This document shows positions 9,257 through 19,802 of a stretch of DNA of 64,000 nt, in pieces (the stretch's first letter is position 1; each line of letters begins with the position of its first letter). The stretch covers positions 1,044,711 to 1,108,710 of the forward strand of contig OZ253540.1 of NCBI GenBank assembly GCA_965262485.1, read 5' to 3'. The DNA comes from Dehalococcoidia bacterium. GTDB taxonomy: Bacteria > Chloroflexota > Dehalococcoidia > Lucifugimonadales > UBA3495. The notes under the pieces were generated by a model. The model was given only the letters and a program-made list of their open reading frames with translations, was not told the DNA's origin and did not search any database. A program made the translations under genes and the position numbers.

Positions 9257-9310
9257 CATTACAAACGACTATTGATGCATCGGTTCCAACCGGATCACAG
9301 GAGGCCTACC

Positions 9311-9769
9311 ATGGCAATGCAATCGTCCGGAGTGTCTCACATCGCGGTGTGCGTTCGAGATCTGGACAAAGCGCTGGAATTCTACCGGGACATCCTGGGC
9401 ATGACGGTAACCGTCGACAGGATGCAGGATACTTCAACCGGTGGCCTGCCCCACGTTTACGCGCACAACCGATCAACCAGGCGCCAGGCGGTGTTGACTT
9501 ACGGAGACGGAGCGGCGCCCACGCTGGTAATGACCAGCCACCCGGGTGATGACACTGACGGCGCACCGATCAAGCTTGACCAGGTGGGAATCAGCCATAT
9601 CTCGTTCACGGTGCCGGATGTCAAAGCGTTGGCCGACGAGCTAATCAGCAAGGGCGTTGAGCTGGCCGGGCCCATGGACGGATTCACCAACGCAAACGGC
9701 GAGGTTTCAAGCATTTTCGTTTACGATCCCGACGGAATACTGGTTCAGTTTGATAGCGGCGGCGGCTGA
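9311..9769 (+). CDS. VOC (glyoxalase/bleomycin-resistance/dioxygenase) family protein, paralogue 1
   Basis: GVSHIAVCVRDLDKALEFYRDILGM...GISHISFTV...FVYDPDGILVQF. ATG at 9311 follows AGGAGG. Confidence 0.8.
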   Translation: MAMQSSGVSHIAVCVRDLDKALEFYRDILGMTVTVDRMQDTSTGGLPHVYAHNRSTRRQAVLTYGDGAAPTLVMTSHPGDDTDGAPIKLDQVGISHISFTVPDVKALADELISKGVELAGPMDGFTNANGEVSSIFVYDPDGILVQFDSGGG

Positions 9770-9847
9770 TAATTGGCCGTAATTGCCGGACGCGGAGAGT
9801 TTCTGCCAGGTATGTCAAGCAGGAATGTCAAGAAGGAGAATGCCATT

Positions 9848-10306
9848 ATGCCCATGAATTCTACGGGTGTATCTCATATCGCGATCTGTGTCAGCGATCT
9901 GGATGTTTCGCTGAAGTTTTATTGTGAAGCGCTGGGGATGTCGGTGGTGAGCGACGCAATACAAGACACCACCACGGGCGGGCTGCCCCATGTTTACGCT
10001 CACAACCGCAGTACCCGGCGACAGGTGCGGTTGGCTTATGCCGACGGCGCCAAACCCACGCTGACCATGACCTGTCATCCGGGCGAATCCCCGGACGGCA
10101 CACCCATAAAATTGGATCAGGTGGGCATCAGCCACATCTCTTTCAGCGTGCCCGACACCAAGGCCCTAGCTACAAGCCTCGCGGCACAAGGTATCCCGTT
10201 GGCGGCGCCCATGGATGTCTGGACCGACGCTGAAGGGAAAGTCAGCAGTTTCTATGTTTACGACCCGGACGGAATCCTGGTGCAGTTTGACGCCGGCGGA
10301 GGCTGA
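9848..10306 (+). CDS. VOC family protein, paralogue 2 (tandem duplicate)
   Basis: About two-thirds amino-acid identity to the upstream gene by eye. Both end ...QFD(S/A)GGG. ATG at 9848 follows AAGGAG. Confidence 0.8.
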   Translation: MPMNSTGVSHIAICVSDLDVSLKFYCEALGMSVVSDAIQDTTTGGLPHVYAHNRSTRRQVRLAYADGAKPTLTMTCHPGESPDGTPIKLDQVGISHISFSVPDTKALATSLAAQGIPLAAPMDVWTDAEGKVSSFYVYDPDGILVQFDAGGG

Positions 10307-10310
10307 CGAT

Positions 10311-10847
10311 ATGTCCCACCACTATGACGAACACGACCGCGACAAGCTTGTAAGGTGGCGGCAAGAGTTGGCGTCCGCAGAATCGCAGTTGGATGAGTTT
10401 CCGGCAGCCGCGCTGTTTCTCGTCAAACCCCAGTGCACAGGCGCGCACGAGATATTCCGGAAGTACCGCACCGTATTTGAGGAACGAAACGCCCCGTTTG
10501 CGAATCTGGTCGTGTTTGGGATGCACGGCATTTCAGAGACCGTACGCGGATTGCTGGAACAGGCGGGACTGACCGAAACCGATCTGCCCGTGCTGCTGAT
10601 GGCGCCTACCGCGGAGTTGGATAACTGCATCGCGCTCACGCTGCCCTCCGGTGAGAGCCTGGAGGGCGGCGACGATCCCAACGGCGACGGCACGTGCGAT
10701 TTCATGGCGCCCTGGCAGGATGTGCTGGACCGGATACGTATCACCAGAGATGGCCGAATATTGCGGCTGATGGGCGTACAGGGTCGGCGGATGACGGGCC
10801 TGAACATCACGAAGCTGGCTGGGTCCATGTTGTCGGTTGGAGCATGA
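10311..10847 (+). CDS. Hypothetical protein (no recognisable domain)
   Basis: The ATG lies 4 nt after the VOC stop codon. 178 aa with no motif I recognise. Confidence 0.5.
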   Translation: MSHHYDEHDRDKLVRWRQELASAESQLDEFPAAALFLVKPQCTGAHEIFRKYRTVFEERNAPFANLVVFGMHGISETVRGLLEQAGLTETDLPVLLMAPTAELDNCIALTLPSGESLEGGDDPNGDGTCDFMAPWQDVLDRIRITRDGRILRLMGVQGRRMTGLNITKLAGSMLSVGA

Positions 10848-10901
10848 TTAAAGGGCGGACATTCCTGATGTTCCGCCCCTGGATCGTTGGGGTAACGATG
10901 T

Positions 10902-11771
10902 CTAACGCCGGGCGAGTTTGACCAACCTGCTACCTTCCTGGTTGTGGCCGATGTACAGGTCGCCGTGGGAATCTGCCCATACGGCATGACCCCCGGAACC
11001 GCCGATATCGATCTTGGCCAGTACTTCGCCGTCCATGTTCAGGATGGTCAGGAACGCGTCAAGTTCCACCACGTAAGCAATTCCGTCACCATCTACGTAC
11101 ATGTCGCACGGGCGGGCCAGATCGGTCCACATGTCCAGGTATTCGCCCTCACCGGTGAAGATCTGGACGCGGTTATTCTCCCGGTCGCACACCAGGACGC
11201 GGCCATCCCAGTGTACCCAGATGCCATGGGGGATGTGAAATTCACCCGGCCCGCGCTTGCCGGGGCGTCCCCAGGAGTGGAGGAGCTGACCGTCGGGCGA
11301 GAACCGGTGCACCCGGCTGTTGGCGTACCCGTCGGAAACGAACAGGTCGCCGTTGGGCGCCAGGGCGATGTCGGTACAGCGATTGAAAGGCCCGGCCGCC
11401 TTCCACATGGTCCCGTCAGGGCGGGCGCCGCCAGTGTCCGACGGGGCGTCCCAGACACCCATCGTTAGCAACGGTTTGCCGTCCAACGTGCACTTCACGA
11501 TTGCGTGGGATTCACGAACCGGCAGATATACGTGGTCTTCGCCGCTGATGAATATGCCGTGGGCGTCGGTCAGGTATTCCTTGCCCCATTCCTGAAGGAA
11601 GTCGCCTTCCCGGTCGAAAATCATGAGCGGGTGATCGCTGCGATTGAATACGTAGACCCGGTCTTGAGAATCGCAGGCCGGTTCGGCCTGGCCAATCGAC
11701 CAGCCGTCGGGTGTTTTTGCCCAGTTGTCCAGGACTTCGTAAGTAAAATCTCCACTGCCTACTGTTGGCAT
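10902..11771 (-). CDS. NHL-repeat beta-propeller protein (peptidyl-alpha-hydroxyglycine lyase-like)
   Basis: Repeated blade motifs (DRVYVFNRSDH, GDLFVSDGYANSRVHRF, VLVCDRENNRVQIF, GDLYIGHN). ATG at 11771 follows AGGAGG. Confidence 0.7.
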   Translation of the reverse strand: MPTVGSGDFTYEVLDNWAKTPDGWSIGQAEPACDSQDRVYVFNRSDHPLMIFDREGDFLQEWGKEYLTDAHGIFISGEDHVYLPVRESHAIVKCTLDGKPLLTMGVWDAPSDTGGARPDGTMWKAAGPFNRCTDIALAPNGDLFVSDGYANSRVHRFSPDGQLLHSWGRPGKRGPGEFHIPHGIWVHWDGRVLVCDRENNRVQIFTGEGEYLDMWTDLARPCDMYVDGDGIAYVVELDAFLTILNMDGEVLAKIDIGGSGGHAVWADSHGDLYIGHNQEGSRLVKLARR

Positions 11772-11820
11772 GGGTCCACCTCCTGGTGTCGTTGCGATGC
11801 CGTTGAGAGAGATTATTGGT

Positions 11821-13365
11821 TCAACTGCCGTTGGCCAATGCAATGGCCAGCTGCGCCAGCGTGCGGGTGGGGACTCCCGTTGCGCCTTTGACCAGATGCC
11901 CTTTGTTGCTGGACGAGGTTGAAGTGCCCGCGATATCCAGGTGTACCCATTCGGCGTCCTCGGCGAATTCGCGCAGCAGCATGGCCGCGGTAATGGAACC
12001 GGCCTGCCGTCCGCCGGTGTTTTTCATATCGGCCACGTCGGATCGGATCAGCTCGCGATAATCTTCCAGCATGGGCAATTCCCAAAAACGCTCGCCGCTG
12101 CTCTCACCGGCAGACTTGATCCCGCCAGCCAATGCCGCAGAATTGCCCATAATTCCCGTGCACACTTTTCCGAGTGTAACAACCATCGCGCCGGTGAGGG
12201 TGGCCACGTCAACCAGTCGGGTGATACCCAATTTGCGGGCGTAGCACAGGGCATCGGCCAAAACCAGCCGTCCCTCGGCGTCGGTGTTGATGACTTCGAT
12301 GGTCTTTCCATTCATTGCGGTTACGACATCGCCGGGCCGTTGTGCGCGACCTCCGGGCATGTTTTCCGTCGCTGCGATGAGGCCAGTGACGTTGATTTTC
12401 GGCTGGAGGGTTCCGATGGCGCTCATCGCGGCAATCACTGACGCGCCGCCGGCCATGTCACCCTTCATAGCCTCCATGTTAGCCGCCGGTTTCAGCGAAA
12501 TCCCACCGGTGTCGAAAGTGATGCCTTTGCCCACCAGCCCCAGGTTGTTCTCGGGATGGTCGGGGTCGCCCTGATATTTCAGGACGATGAGCTTGGGAGG
12601 TTCCTCGCTGCCCTGGGCTACTCCCAACAATGCGCCCATGCCATGCTGAACCATACCCTCTCGTTCGATTACATCAAAATCCAGCCCGGTTGCCTCGGCT
12701 ACGCTGCGCGCGGCGTCGGCCATGCGGGTTGGCGTCATCACATTGGCGGGATGATTTACCAGATCCCGGGCCAGCATGGTGGCCTCGGCAAGGACTTGAC
12801 CGGTTGCAACGCCACGGCGCAGAGTGTTTGCCCGATCTTCATCTATTTCGACGATTGTTACGTTATGAATGGAGCCATCGCCGTTTCCGGGCATTTCGTC
12901 GGGAGCAACATCATTGCCGTTGCTACGGTACTGGTCGAACTTGTACAGACCCAGCAGTGTGCCTTCCGTGACCGCACGCCCGCTGTCGGCCACGTCCAGC
13001 CCGCCGATGCCGGCGCCGTGGGCGATGGTCGCGTAGTCGCTTACCCCTTTGCTGCGGAGGAATCTCGCCACGCTCCCGCTGATCCGACGCACCTGGTCAG
13101 CGTCGAGATCTTCAGACTTCCCGAGTCCTGCTACCAGGACGCGAGCCGCGGGGATTTTCCCCATAGTGTGGATGAGAGTCATCTCACCAACTTTGCCGGT
13201 GATCTCGCCGTCGGCGATGAGTTCGGATATGCCTCCGCCCAAAGCGTTGTCGATCGCTCCGGTGCCTCCCCCAGGATGAGTTACGCCCTGAAAAAGGTTC
13301 ACCACCAAAGCCGGGGTTGGGTAGTGAGTGATATCGGCAGTTACGACTTCGACGCTGGTTGCCAT
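11821..13365 (-). CDS. pepA: Leucyl aminopeptidase (M17 family)
   Basis: NTDAEGRLVLADAL signature, plus VGKGITFDTGGISLKP. Confidence 0.93.
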   Translation of the reverse strand: MATSVEVVTADITHYPTPALVVNLFQGVTHPGGGTGAIDNALGGGISELIADGEITGKVGEMTLIHTMGKIPAARVLVAGLGKSEDLDADQVRRISGSVARFLRSKGVSDYATIAHGAGIGGLDVADSGRAVTEGTLLGLYKFDQYRSNGNDVAPDEMPGNGDGSIHNVTIVEIDEDRANTLRRGVATGQVLAEATMLARDLVNHPANVMTPTRMADAARSVAEATGLDFDVIEREGMVQHGMGALLGVAQGSEEPPKLIVLKYQGDPDHPENNLGLVGKGITFDTGGISLKPAANMEAMKGDMAGGASVIAAMSAIGTLQPKINVTGLIAATENMPGGRAQRPGDVVTAMNGKTIEVINTDAEGRLVLADALCYARKLGITRLVDVATLTGAMVVTLGKVCTGIMGNSAALAGGIKSAGESSGERFWELPMLEDYRELIRSDVADMKNTGGRQAGSITAAMLLREFAEDAEWVHLDIAGTSTSSSNKGHLVKGATGVPTRTLAQLAIALANGS

Positions 13366-13499
13366 TTTTTGCTCCGGTGGAATGGGATTCGCGGTGATTG
13401 CCCGATTATGCAGTCATGTGGTCGATAGCACAACTCCGCACAAGAATACGTTACCAGCGCAGGTATCCGGACGATCCCGCAGCGAGGAAACCGGCGCGT

Positions 13500-14153
13500 T
13501 TACCGAGACGGATCGAACCAACCGGTGCGTCGCAGGACTTCTTCCAGAACCGAAGCCGTGTCCTCGGGCCGGCTTACCCTCAAGTGCGGGCGTGGGACGT
13601 CCTTTTCGGCAACTGACATCCTGGTGTATATGATCCAGTCGGCGTCGCTGGCGCTCGATTCATTCAGTCCGGCAGCGCGGTCGTCCAGGCGTTGGCGCAC
13701 CAGCGCCGGATCAGCGGTGAACCGGACAATGAGGGGGTCAACTCCGGCGGCTTGAGCGACAGCGTAGAGGGGACGGCGCACCTGTTCGTTCAGATTGGTG
13801 GCGTCGAACACCACCGAATGGCCCTCGCGCAATATCTCGGCAGTGATCGCGTTCATCGCCGAGAATACGCGGCGGTGTTCCTGACGGGAATACTCCGGTG
13901 CGCTCACCAGGGTTTTTCGAATACGGTCGCTGTTGATCCAGACGAAGGAAGATCGGGAGATCAACTGCCGTGCGAAGTGGGATTTCCCCGTCCCGGGCAA
14001 TCCGCAGAGGATTACGAGCGCGGGTCCACGCGCGGGTTCCGCGGTGGAAACAGGCTGGAAGGACACCGTCGCCCGGAGGACATCGATGTCGGACGGGATC
14101 AGCCCACCGGCAGTCCAGAATTCTTGATTATCGGATCCCCGCGGTTCCAGCAT
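13500..14153 (-). CDS. P-loop ATP-binding protein (AAA_33 / kinase-like)
   Basis: Walker A GLPGTGKSHFARQL. Size and layout resemble small nucleotide or gluconate-type kinases. Confidence 0.7.
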   Translation of the reverse strand: MLEPRGSDNQEFWTAGGLIPSDIDVLRATVSFQPVSTAEPARGPALVILCGLPGTGKSHFARQLISRSSFVWINSDRIRKTLVSAPEYSRQEHRRVFSAMNAITAEILREGHSVVFDATNLNEQVRRPLYAVAQAAGVDPLIVRFTADPALVRQRLDDRAAGLNESSASDADWIIYTRMSVAEKDVPRPHLRVSRPEDTASVLEEVLRRTGWFDPSR

Positions 14154-14193
14154 GAGCTAACACCTGTTGCCCAGCCCTGAATGCGTCCCGCTA

Positions 14194-14475
14194 CTAAAAC
14201 AAGGCCCTAAGAATTGTTTGAACTACGATGAGTACGACAATTACGACCAACGGGCTGAAGTCCACCGTGCCCGTTTGGGGCAACTTTCTACGAATCGGAC
14301 CAAGCACCGGTTCCGTTACCCTGAAAACTACATCGTAGATTGTGACCAGTGCTTCCGGAAGGCGGTTGCCCTGGATGGTCATATATTGGACGACGAATCC
14401 CAGGATAATGCGTGCCAACAGTAATACGTAACACAGGGTCACCAGGAGGTTGAGCAGGGGAAAAATCTGCGGCAT
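14194..14475 (-). CDS. yggT: YggT-family membrane protein
   Basis: LARIILGFVVQY...VTEPVLGPIRRKLP...DFSPLVVIVVL pattern. The start at Met24 of the listed ORF avoids overlap with proC. Confidence 0.75.
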   Translation of the reverse strand: MPQIFPLLNLLVTLCYVLLLARIILGFVVQYMTIQGNRLPEALVTIYDVVFRVTEPVLGPIRRKLPQTGTVDFSPLVVIVVLIVVQTILRALF

Positions 14476-14503
14476 TGCAAGTTTTCCGCAGGGCCAGCGG
14501 AGG

Positions 14504-15307
14504 CTATCCCTGGCCCAGGCGAATGGATTTGAGGTACGCGGCATTCACGGCGTCTACCAGCGCTGCCGGCACGCCGGCCCGCTCCAGCGTTTGCAACCCT
14601 TCTGCCGTGGTTCCGCCAGGGGAGGTTACCATGTCCTTGAGTTCGGACGGATGGCTTCCCGATTTGACAACCAGTTCCACGCTGCCCTTTACAGTCTGCA
14701 AAGCGAGCCTTCGCGCGATGTCCCTGGGAAGTCCGACGTATACGCCCGCGTCGATAAGCGCTTCCAGAATCAGGAAAACGTAAGCCGGCCCGCTGGCGCT
14801 GAGTGCGGTAGCCATATCAAGGTATTTTTCGTCATCAACGTATATCTCATCGCCAACCGTTGACAAGATCGATTTGGTGAAGTCGCGGTGTTCGTCGTTG
14901 ACCGCGTCAGCACAAGTCCACATGGTCATGCCGGCGCCGATTTGAGCCGGGGTATTGGGCATCACCCGGATTATTCCGGGGTGCTGTGCGCCACTGGAAA
15001 GCGAATCAATCCGCGCGCCCGCGACGATGGAAAGCAGTGACTGGCTCTGGGAGAAGGACCCCCGAACATCAGCGAACACCTTTGACAAATCCTGTGGTTT
15101 CACTGCCAGCACCACGATCTCTGAACAGTCGATCACCGAGCCGTTTTTGCCGGATACGGATACTCCGTAGCGATCGGCCAAGTATTCGCGGCGGGCGGCC
15201 ACGGGTTCGCCGATGGTGACGGATTCAGGTGCGGTGATGCCGGCATCCAGGACGCCGCCCAAAATAGCTTCGGCCATAGTGCCGCCGCCGATAAACCCGA
15301 TATTCAT
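14504..15307 (-). CDS. proC: Pyrroline-5-carboxylate reductase
   Basis: N-terminal Rossmann motif IGFIGGGTMAEAI and C-terminal SPGGTTAEGL motif. Confidence 0.9.
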   Translation of the reverse strand: MNIGFIGGGTMAEAILGGVLDAGITAPESVTIGEPVAARREYLADRYGVSVSGKNGSVIDCSEIVVLAVKPQDLSKVFADVRGSFSQSQSLLSIVAGARIDSLSSGAQHPGIIRVMPNTPAQIGAGMTMWTCADAVNDEHRDFTKSILSTVGDEIYVDDEKYLDMATALSASGPAYVFLILEALIDAGVYVGLPRDIARRLALQTVKGSVELVVKSGSHPSELKDMVTSPGGTTAEGLQTLERAGVPAALVDAVNAAYLKSIRLGQG

Positions 15308-15343
15308 TGGTCTGGTCCTATCTGCCGGAGTCGTATATGAGGA

Positions 15344-16369
15344 CTAAGCCAGGCCATCGCCTCGAGCGAATGCGGCCGCCATCCGGATGGTTTCAACCAT
15401 GGACGTATGGTCAGCGACATTTTTCCCGGCGATGTCAAACGCGGTGCCGTGATCGACCGACGTCCTGATGAACGGTAAACCCAGGTTGGCCGTGATGCTC
15501 TCTTCAAAACCGTATACCTTGACCGGGATGTGACCCTGGTCGTGGTACATGCACAGTGCTACGTCGTAGCGATCGTTGATTGCCTGGTGGAAAATAATAT
15601 CGGCGGGAATGGGGCCGGTGGCATTGATGCCCTCGGATCGGGCCTCAGCCACGGCCGGGGCAATCTCTTCCGCCTCTTCGTTGCCGAGCAGGCCGCCGTC
15701 ACTGCCGTGAGGATTCAATGCCGCAACTCCGATGCGCGGCTCGGCAAAGCCCCACTTTCTGAAGTTATCGTCGGTAAGGCGCAGGAAATCGAGGATCCGA
15801 TCTTTTTTGACGTAGTCGCAGGCGATTCGCAAAGATCGGTGGGTGGTCAGGTGGACAACTCGCAGGTTTTTGGCGATCAACATCGTCGCTACTGTTTTGG
15901 CTCCGGACAATTCCTGCAGCAGTTCCATGTGTCCGATGGCTTCGTAACCGGCCATAGCCGCTGCTTCTTTGTTCAACGGAGCGGTGGCCAGTCCATCCAC
16001 CACTCCGGCCATAGCCAACTGTCCGGCTTTACTGACCCATTCCATAGCAGCTTTCCCGCACGCCACGCTGAGTTGGCCAACGGTGATGTCTTCGGCGTTC
16101 AGGTTGCCGATGTCCACGACATCCACCACGCCCGGGTTGGTTCCCGCCCCGCCGAGGTCATCGGAACGATGAATGCGCAGAGGCAGCCCCGTCATCTTGA
16201 CGGCCTGTTCCATGGCGTAGATATTTCCCACCACCACCGGCCGGCACATGTTGTAAACATTGGGATCGGACAGAGCCTTTACCACAACCTCCGGGCCGAT
16301 ACCGCAAGGGTCGCCCATGGTGATGGCAATGGCCGGGCGGTCGGTGTCCAAGTTGGAATGTTCTGTCAT
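15344..16369 (-). CDS. pdxA: 4-hydroxythreonine-4-phosphate dehydrogenase
   Basis: ITMGDPCGIGPEV, NPHGSDGGLLG and TSVDHGTAFDIAGK motifs. Start taken at Met43 of the listed ORF. Confidence 0.88.
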   Translation of the reverse strand: MTEHSNLDTDRPAIAITMGDPCGIGPEVVVKALSDPNVYNMCRPVVVGNIYAMEQAVKMTGLPLRIHRSDDLGGAGTNPGVVDVVDIGNLNAEDITVGQLSVACGKAAMEWVSKAGQLAMAGVVDGLATAPLNKEAAAMAGYEAIGHMELLQELSGAKTVATMLIAKNLRVVHLTTHRSLRIACDYVKKDRILDFLRLTDDNFRKWGFAEPRIGVAALNPHGSDGGLLGNEEAEEIAPAVAEARSEGINATGPIPADIIFHQAINDRYDVALCMYHDQGHIPVKVYGFEESITANLGLPFIRTSVDHGTAFDIAGKNVADHTSMVETIRMAAAFARGDGLA

Positions 16370-16535
16370 GGCATTGCTCTCGCTGCGAATCGGTGAGGAA
16401 CTGGTATATGTGTGCCAACAATAGTAATGGTTACAGGATGCGACCGCAACGGTACGTTTGAGACGTTGGATTACTGCACATGCAGGACCCGCCACAGTCG
16501 CATTGCGACCGGGGCGGGCCGGCGAGTCCGGTCAA

Positions 16536-19121
16536 CTACTCACATTTGTTCCATCCGCAGGAATAACAAGTCAGGCATCCTTCCTGGCTGACGACCCCGC
16601 CATTGCACTCAGGGCAGCGCCCGGCGTAGGCGCCCGGCAGGGTTTGTGGAACGGGCGCCCCATTGCCGTTAGCCTTGCCAACTGCAGGATGCGTGCTCAG
16701 ATTTGGCTGCGGCGGCATCCACGGACGAACCTCGGGTCCATCTCCGCCGAAAGCCGGAGCGCCGGTGGGCAAAGTCAGTTGCACGCCGTCAGACGCGTTG
16801 GATTCGTTGGAGACGCCGCTGGTGATGCGGTCCAGGACGATGGCGACGGCGTCCGGACCGGAACGAACCAGGGTGCCGTCATCCCAGGCGGGGCAACAGG
16901 TGATACCGCTCAATTGCTGGGAAACCTCGCTGGCGTCGATACCGGCCCGCAATGCGAGGGACACCAGCCGCGAAACCGCTTCCAGCAGTGCAGCGTCGCA
17001 GCCGCCGGCTTTGCCCATGGTGCCGAAAACCTCGAACGGCTGCCCCTGATTATCCATATTCACGGTGACGTACATGTTGCCATGACCGGTGCGGACCCGT
17101 TCGGTAATACCCTGAGTTTGGCGGGGCCGCTCCCTGGGCACGCGGGGGCTTGGTACTTCGATGACAACGGGGTTGGATTCCGGCGTGGTTGACTTGTTGG
17201 CTGATCCCGTACTGAGCACCTGGTCTGCTTTGCTGCCATCCCGATAAACGGTAATTCCTTTGCAGCCCAAATTGTAAGCGCCCTGGTATGCCGCTGCCAC
17301 ATCGGCTACGGTTGCATCGTGGGGGAAGTTGATCGTCTTGGAAACGGCGTTGTCGGTATAGGTCTGGAACGCTCCCTGCATCTGGACATGCCATTGTGGG
17401 TTGATGTCGTGTGAAACGCGGAACACGTCCTTGACCCATCCGGGCACATCCAGGTCATCCAACGAACCCGAGTTCGCCAACTCCTCCATCAATTCGGAGG
17501 AGTAAAAACCTTCGTGGCGCGCCACGGCTTCGAAATACGCGTTGCCTTCGACCAGCCTGGTGTTATCCATCACGTTGCGAACGTAGGAGAGGGCGAACAA
17601 TGGCTCGATGCCGCTGGACGCTCCGGCAATGATACTGATGGTTCCAGTGGGGGCGATGGTCACCGGCGCAGAATTTCGCATGGGTTGAGGGTTGGGGCCG
17701 CGATTGTAAACGCTGCGAGACCATTCCGGGAACACGCCGCGCCGGCTGGCAAGCTCTGCCGATGACCGGTAGGTTTGCTGTTGGACAAACTGCATAACCT
17801 GTTCGGCCATTTGCAGCGCTGCTTCGCTGTCGTAGCGGATACCCATCTGGATCAAAAGGTCGGACCAGCCCATTACGCCCAGGCCGATGCGCCGTGTTTT
17901 GCGGCTCATCTCGGCAATTTCAGGGATGGGATACTCGTTCATGTCGATGACGCTGTCCAGCATGTGGACGGCGGTTGTTATCACTTCCGCCATGCGATCC
18001 CAGTCGATCTTCACGTCGTCATTCGTGTACGTCACCATCCGGGCCAGGTTCAGCGAACCCAGGTTGCAGGATTCGTAAGGCAACAGCGGTTGTTCCCCGC
18101 ATGGATTGGTGGACTCAATATCGCCCAATTGGGGGTTGGGGTTGTCTCGGTTGATACGGTCCAGGAACACTATACCGGGGTCGCCGGTCCGCCAGGCCAA
18201 CTCGGTCATGCGTTCGAATACTTCGCGGGCATTGAGTTGTTTTACGATCTGATCGGTACGAGGGTTGATGAGGTCGTATTCCTGGTCTCGCTGGACTTTC
18301 TGCATGAAATCCTCGGTTACGGCGACCGAGATATTGAAGTTGGTGAGGTGTTGCCCGTCTTCTTTGGAGGATATGAAGGACAGGATGTCGGGGTGAGTAA
18401 CATGCAGGATGCCCATGTTAGCGCCGCGGCGCGTGCCACCCTGTTTCACCACATCGGTTGCGGCATCAAAGGCGTTGATAAAGCTGACCGGGCCGGACGC
18501 GACGCCGCCGGTGGAGCCCACAACGTCGCCCTCGGGCCTCAATCGGGAAAAGGCGAATCCGGTTCCGCCGCCGCTCTTATGGATGAGCGCAGTCTGCTTG
18601 ACTTTGGTGAATATGGAATCCAATGAATCTTCCACCGGCAACACAAAACACGCGGAGAGTTGCTGCAGCTCGCGGCCGGCGTTCATAAGCGTGGGCGAGT
18701 TGGGCAGGAATTCCAGCCGTTGCATTACTTCGTAGAAACGCTGCTCGGTATCGCGCCGAACATGTTCCGACTCACCGTACAGCAGGTCGGATTGAGAGAG
18801 GTTGTGGGCGACGCGACGGAACATGCCGTCCGGGTCTTCCAGAACGTTACCTTCCCGGTCTTTGGACAAGTAGCGCCGTTGCAATACCACTTTGGCGTTA
18901 TCGGTGAGATGCCCGTCCCGTTCGTTATGAGACCGGGCAATACCGGCGGCTACCATTGCATCCCGAATCCGGCTCCTGATAGATTCGGGCGAATCCTGGC
19001 CATTGTTCAAGCCGACGCTTCTTGCTGCTACCTCCACGATGTCCTCCTGCTTTTCAAAAACCAAGTCCCAATTTGATTGATTTTTGTTTTGGTCCCATAT
19101 TCTCGCTGGTCGCTCGCCCAT
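16536..19121 (-). CDS. nrdJ: Adenosylcobalamin-dependent (class II) ribonucleotide reductase
   Basis: 861 aa with RNR barrel motifs (NPCGEQPLLPYESCNLGSLNL, SGGGTGFAFSRLRP). Cys-rich C-terminal zinc-finger tail CPECNG...CLTCYSCGW. Confidence 0.93.
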   Translation of the reverse strand: MGERPARIWDQNKNQSNWDLVFEKQEDIVEVAARSVGLNNGQDSPESIRSRIRDAMVAAGIARSHNERDGHLTDNAKVVLQRRYLSKDREGNVLEDPDGMFRRVAHNLSQSDLLYGESEHVRRDTEQRFYEVMQRLEFLPNSPTLMNAGRELQQLSACFVLPVEDSLDSIFTKVKQTALIHKSGGGTGFAFSRLRPEGDVVGSTGGVASGPVSFINAFDAATDVVKQGGTRRGANMGILHVTHPDILSFISSKEDGQHLTNFNISVAVTEDFMQKVQRDQEYDLINPRTDQIVKQLNAREVFERMTELAWRTGDPGIVFLDRINRDNPNPQLGDIESTNPCGEQPLLPYESCNLGSLNLARMVTYTNDDVKIDWDRMAEVITTAVHMLDSVIDMNEYPIPEIAEMSRKTRRIGLGVMGWSDLLIQMGIRYDSEAALQMAEQVMQFVQQQTYRSSAELASRRGVFPEWSRSVYNRGPNPQPMRNSAPVTIAPTGTISIIAGASSGIEPLFALSYVRNVMDNTRLVEGNAYFEAVARHEGFYSSELMEELANSGSLDDLDVPGWVKDVFRVSHDINPQWHVQMQGAFQTYTDNAVSKTINFPHDATVADVAAAYQGAYNLGCKGITVYRDGSKADQVLSTGSANKSTTPESNPVVIEVPSPRVPRERPRQTQGITERVRTGHGNMYVTVNMDNQGQPFEVFGTMGKAGGCDAALLEAVSRLVSLALRAGIDASEVSQQLSGITCCPAWDDGTLVRSGPDAVAIVLDRITSGVSNESNASDGVQLTLPTGAPAFGGDGPEVRPWMPPQPNLSTHPAVGKANGNGAPVPQTLPGAYAGRCPECNGGVVSQEGCLTCYSCGWNKCE

Positions 19122-19191
19122 CGGGGAGCATTTCTCAAAGGCGCCTTCGGAACCGGGGAGTATCGACGCCCAGTCCCGAACATTCCAATAT

Positions 19192-19638
19192 CTAAAAAAA
19201 GTTCACCTGCCTGACAGGATTCTTGCGCGTCATGCGAGTTGATAAATCCAAATCAAAACGCAGCCCCTTGTAAAAATAGAGGACTGGCACTTCCCGCGCC
19301 GGCCGGAGGTCGAATCCCGTCAGTGTGGCCGCCACGTTCTGGACACGGTCGAATACACCGGGGGCGGAAACGGAGCGCTTACAGACTCGGCGAATCACTC
19401 CCAAATTCAAGGTAATTCCGAGTGAGGAAAGTATTTCGGTGATCTGATCGGCCATGTCTTTCAACGCACCATCAGCGACCGGGTTAGCGGCTTTGAGGAA
19501 TATAGTCAAACCGTTTTGAGTGGTTTGGCAATCAATTACCGGGAAATTCTCTCCCAGCTGGCTGGCAATATGCGACTCGGTCCCGCTGGGGGATGGTCCG
19601 CAATTGATTTCGACTTTGTACTGGACAGAATTGTGCAT
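19192..19638 (-). CDS. Hypothetical protein (148 aa) between nrdR and nrdJ
   Basis: Clean ORF with GGAG about 10 nt upstream of the ATG. No motif recognised. Looks less GC-rich than its neighbours by eye. Confidence 0.5.
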   Translation of the reverse strand: MHNSVQYKVEINCGPSPSGTESHIASQLGENFPVIDCQTTQNGLTIFLKAANPVADGALKDMADQITEILSSLGITLNLGVIRRVCKRSVSAPGVFDRVQNVAATLTGFDLRPAREVPVLYFYKGLRFDLDLSTRMTRKNPVRQVNFF

Positions 19639-19802
19639 GTAAAAAAACTCCGAGAATTGTGCGCTTCAAACGGAAGCAATAGACACAGATTTGGCGTTAT
19701 CGGTCGTCTTTATATTGATTGTACGTCAGGTCGAGGGCGGGAGATTCCCGACGTTTGCCAAGAAAGCCCCCGCCTCGACCGCTGTTTCAGACCGATAATG
19801 AA

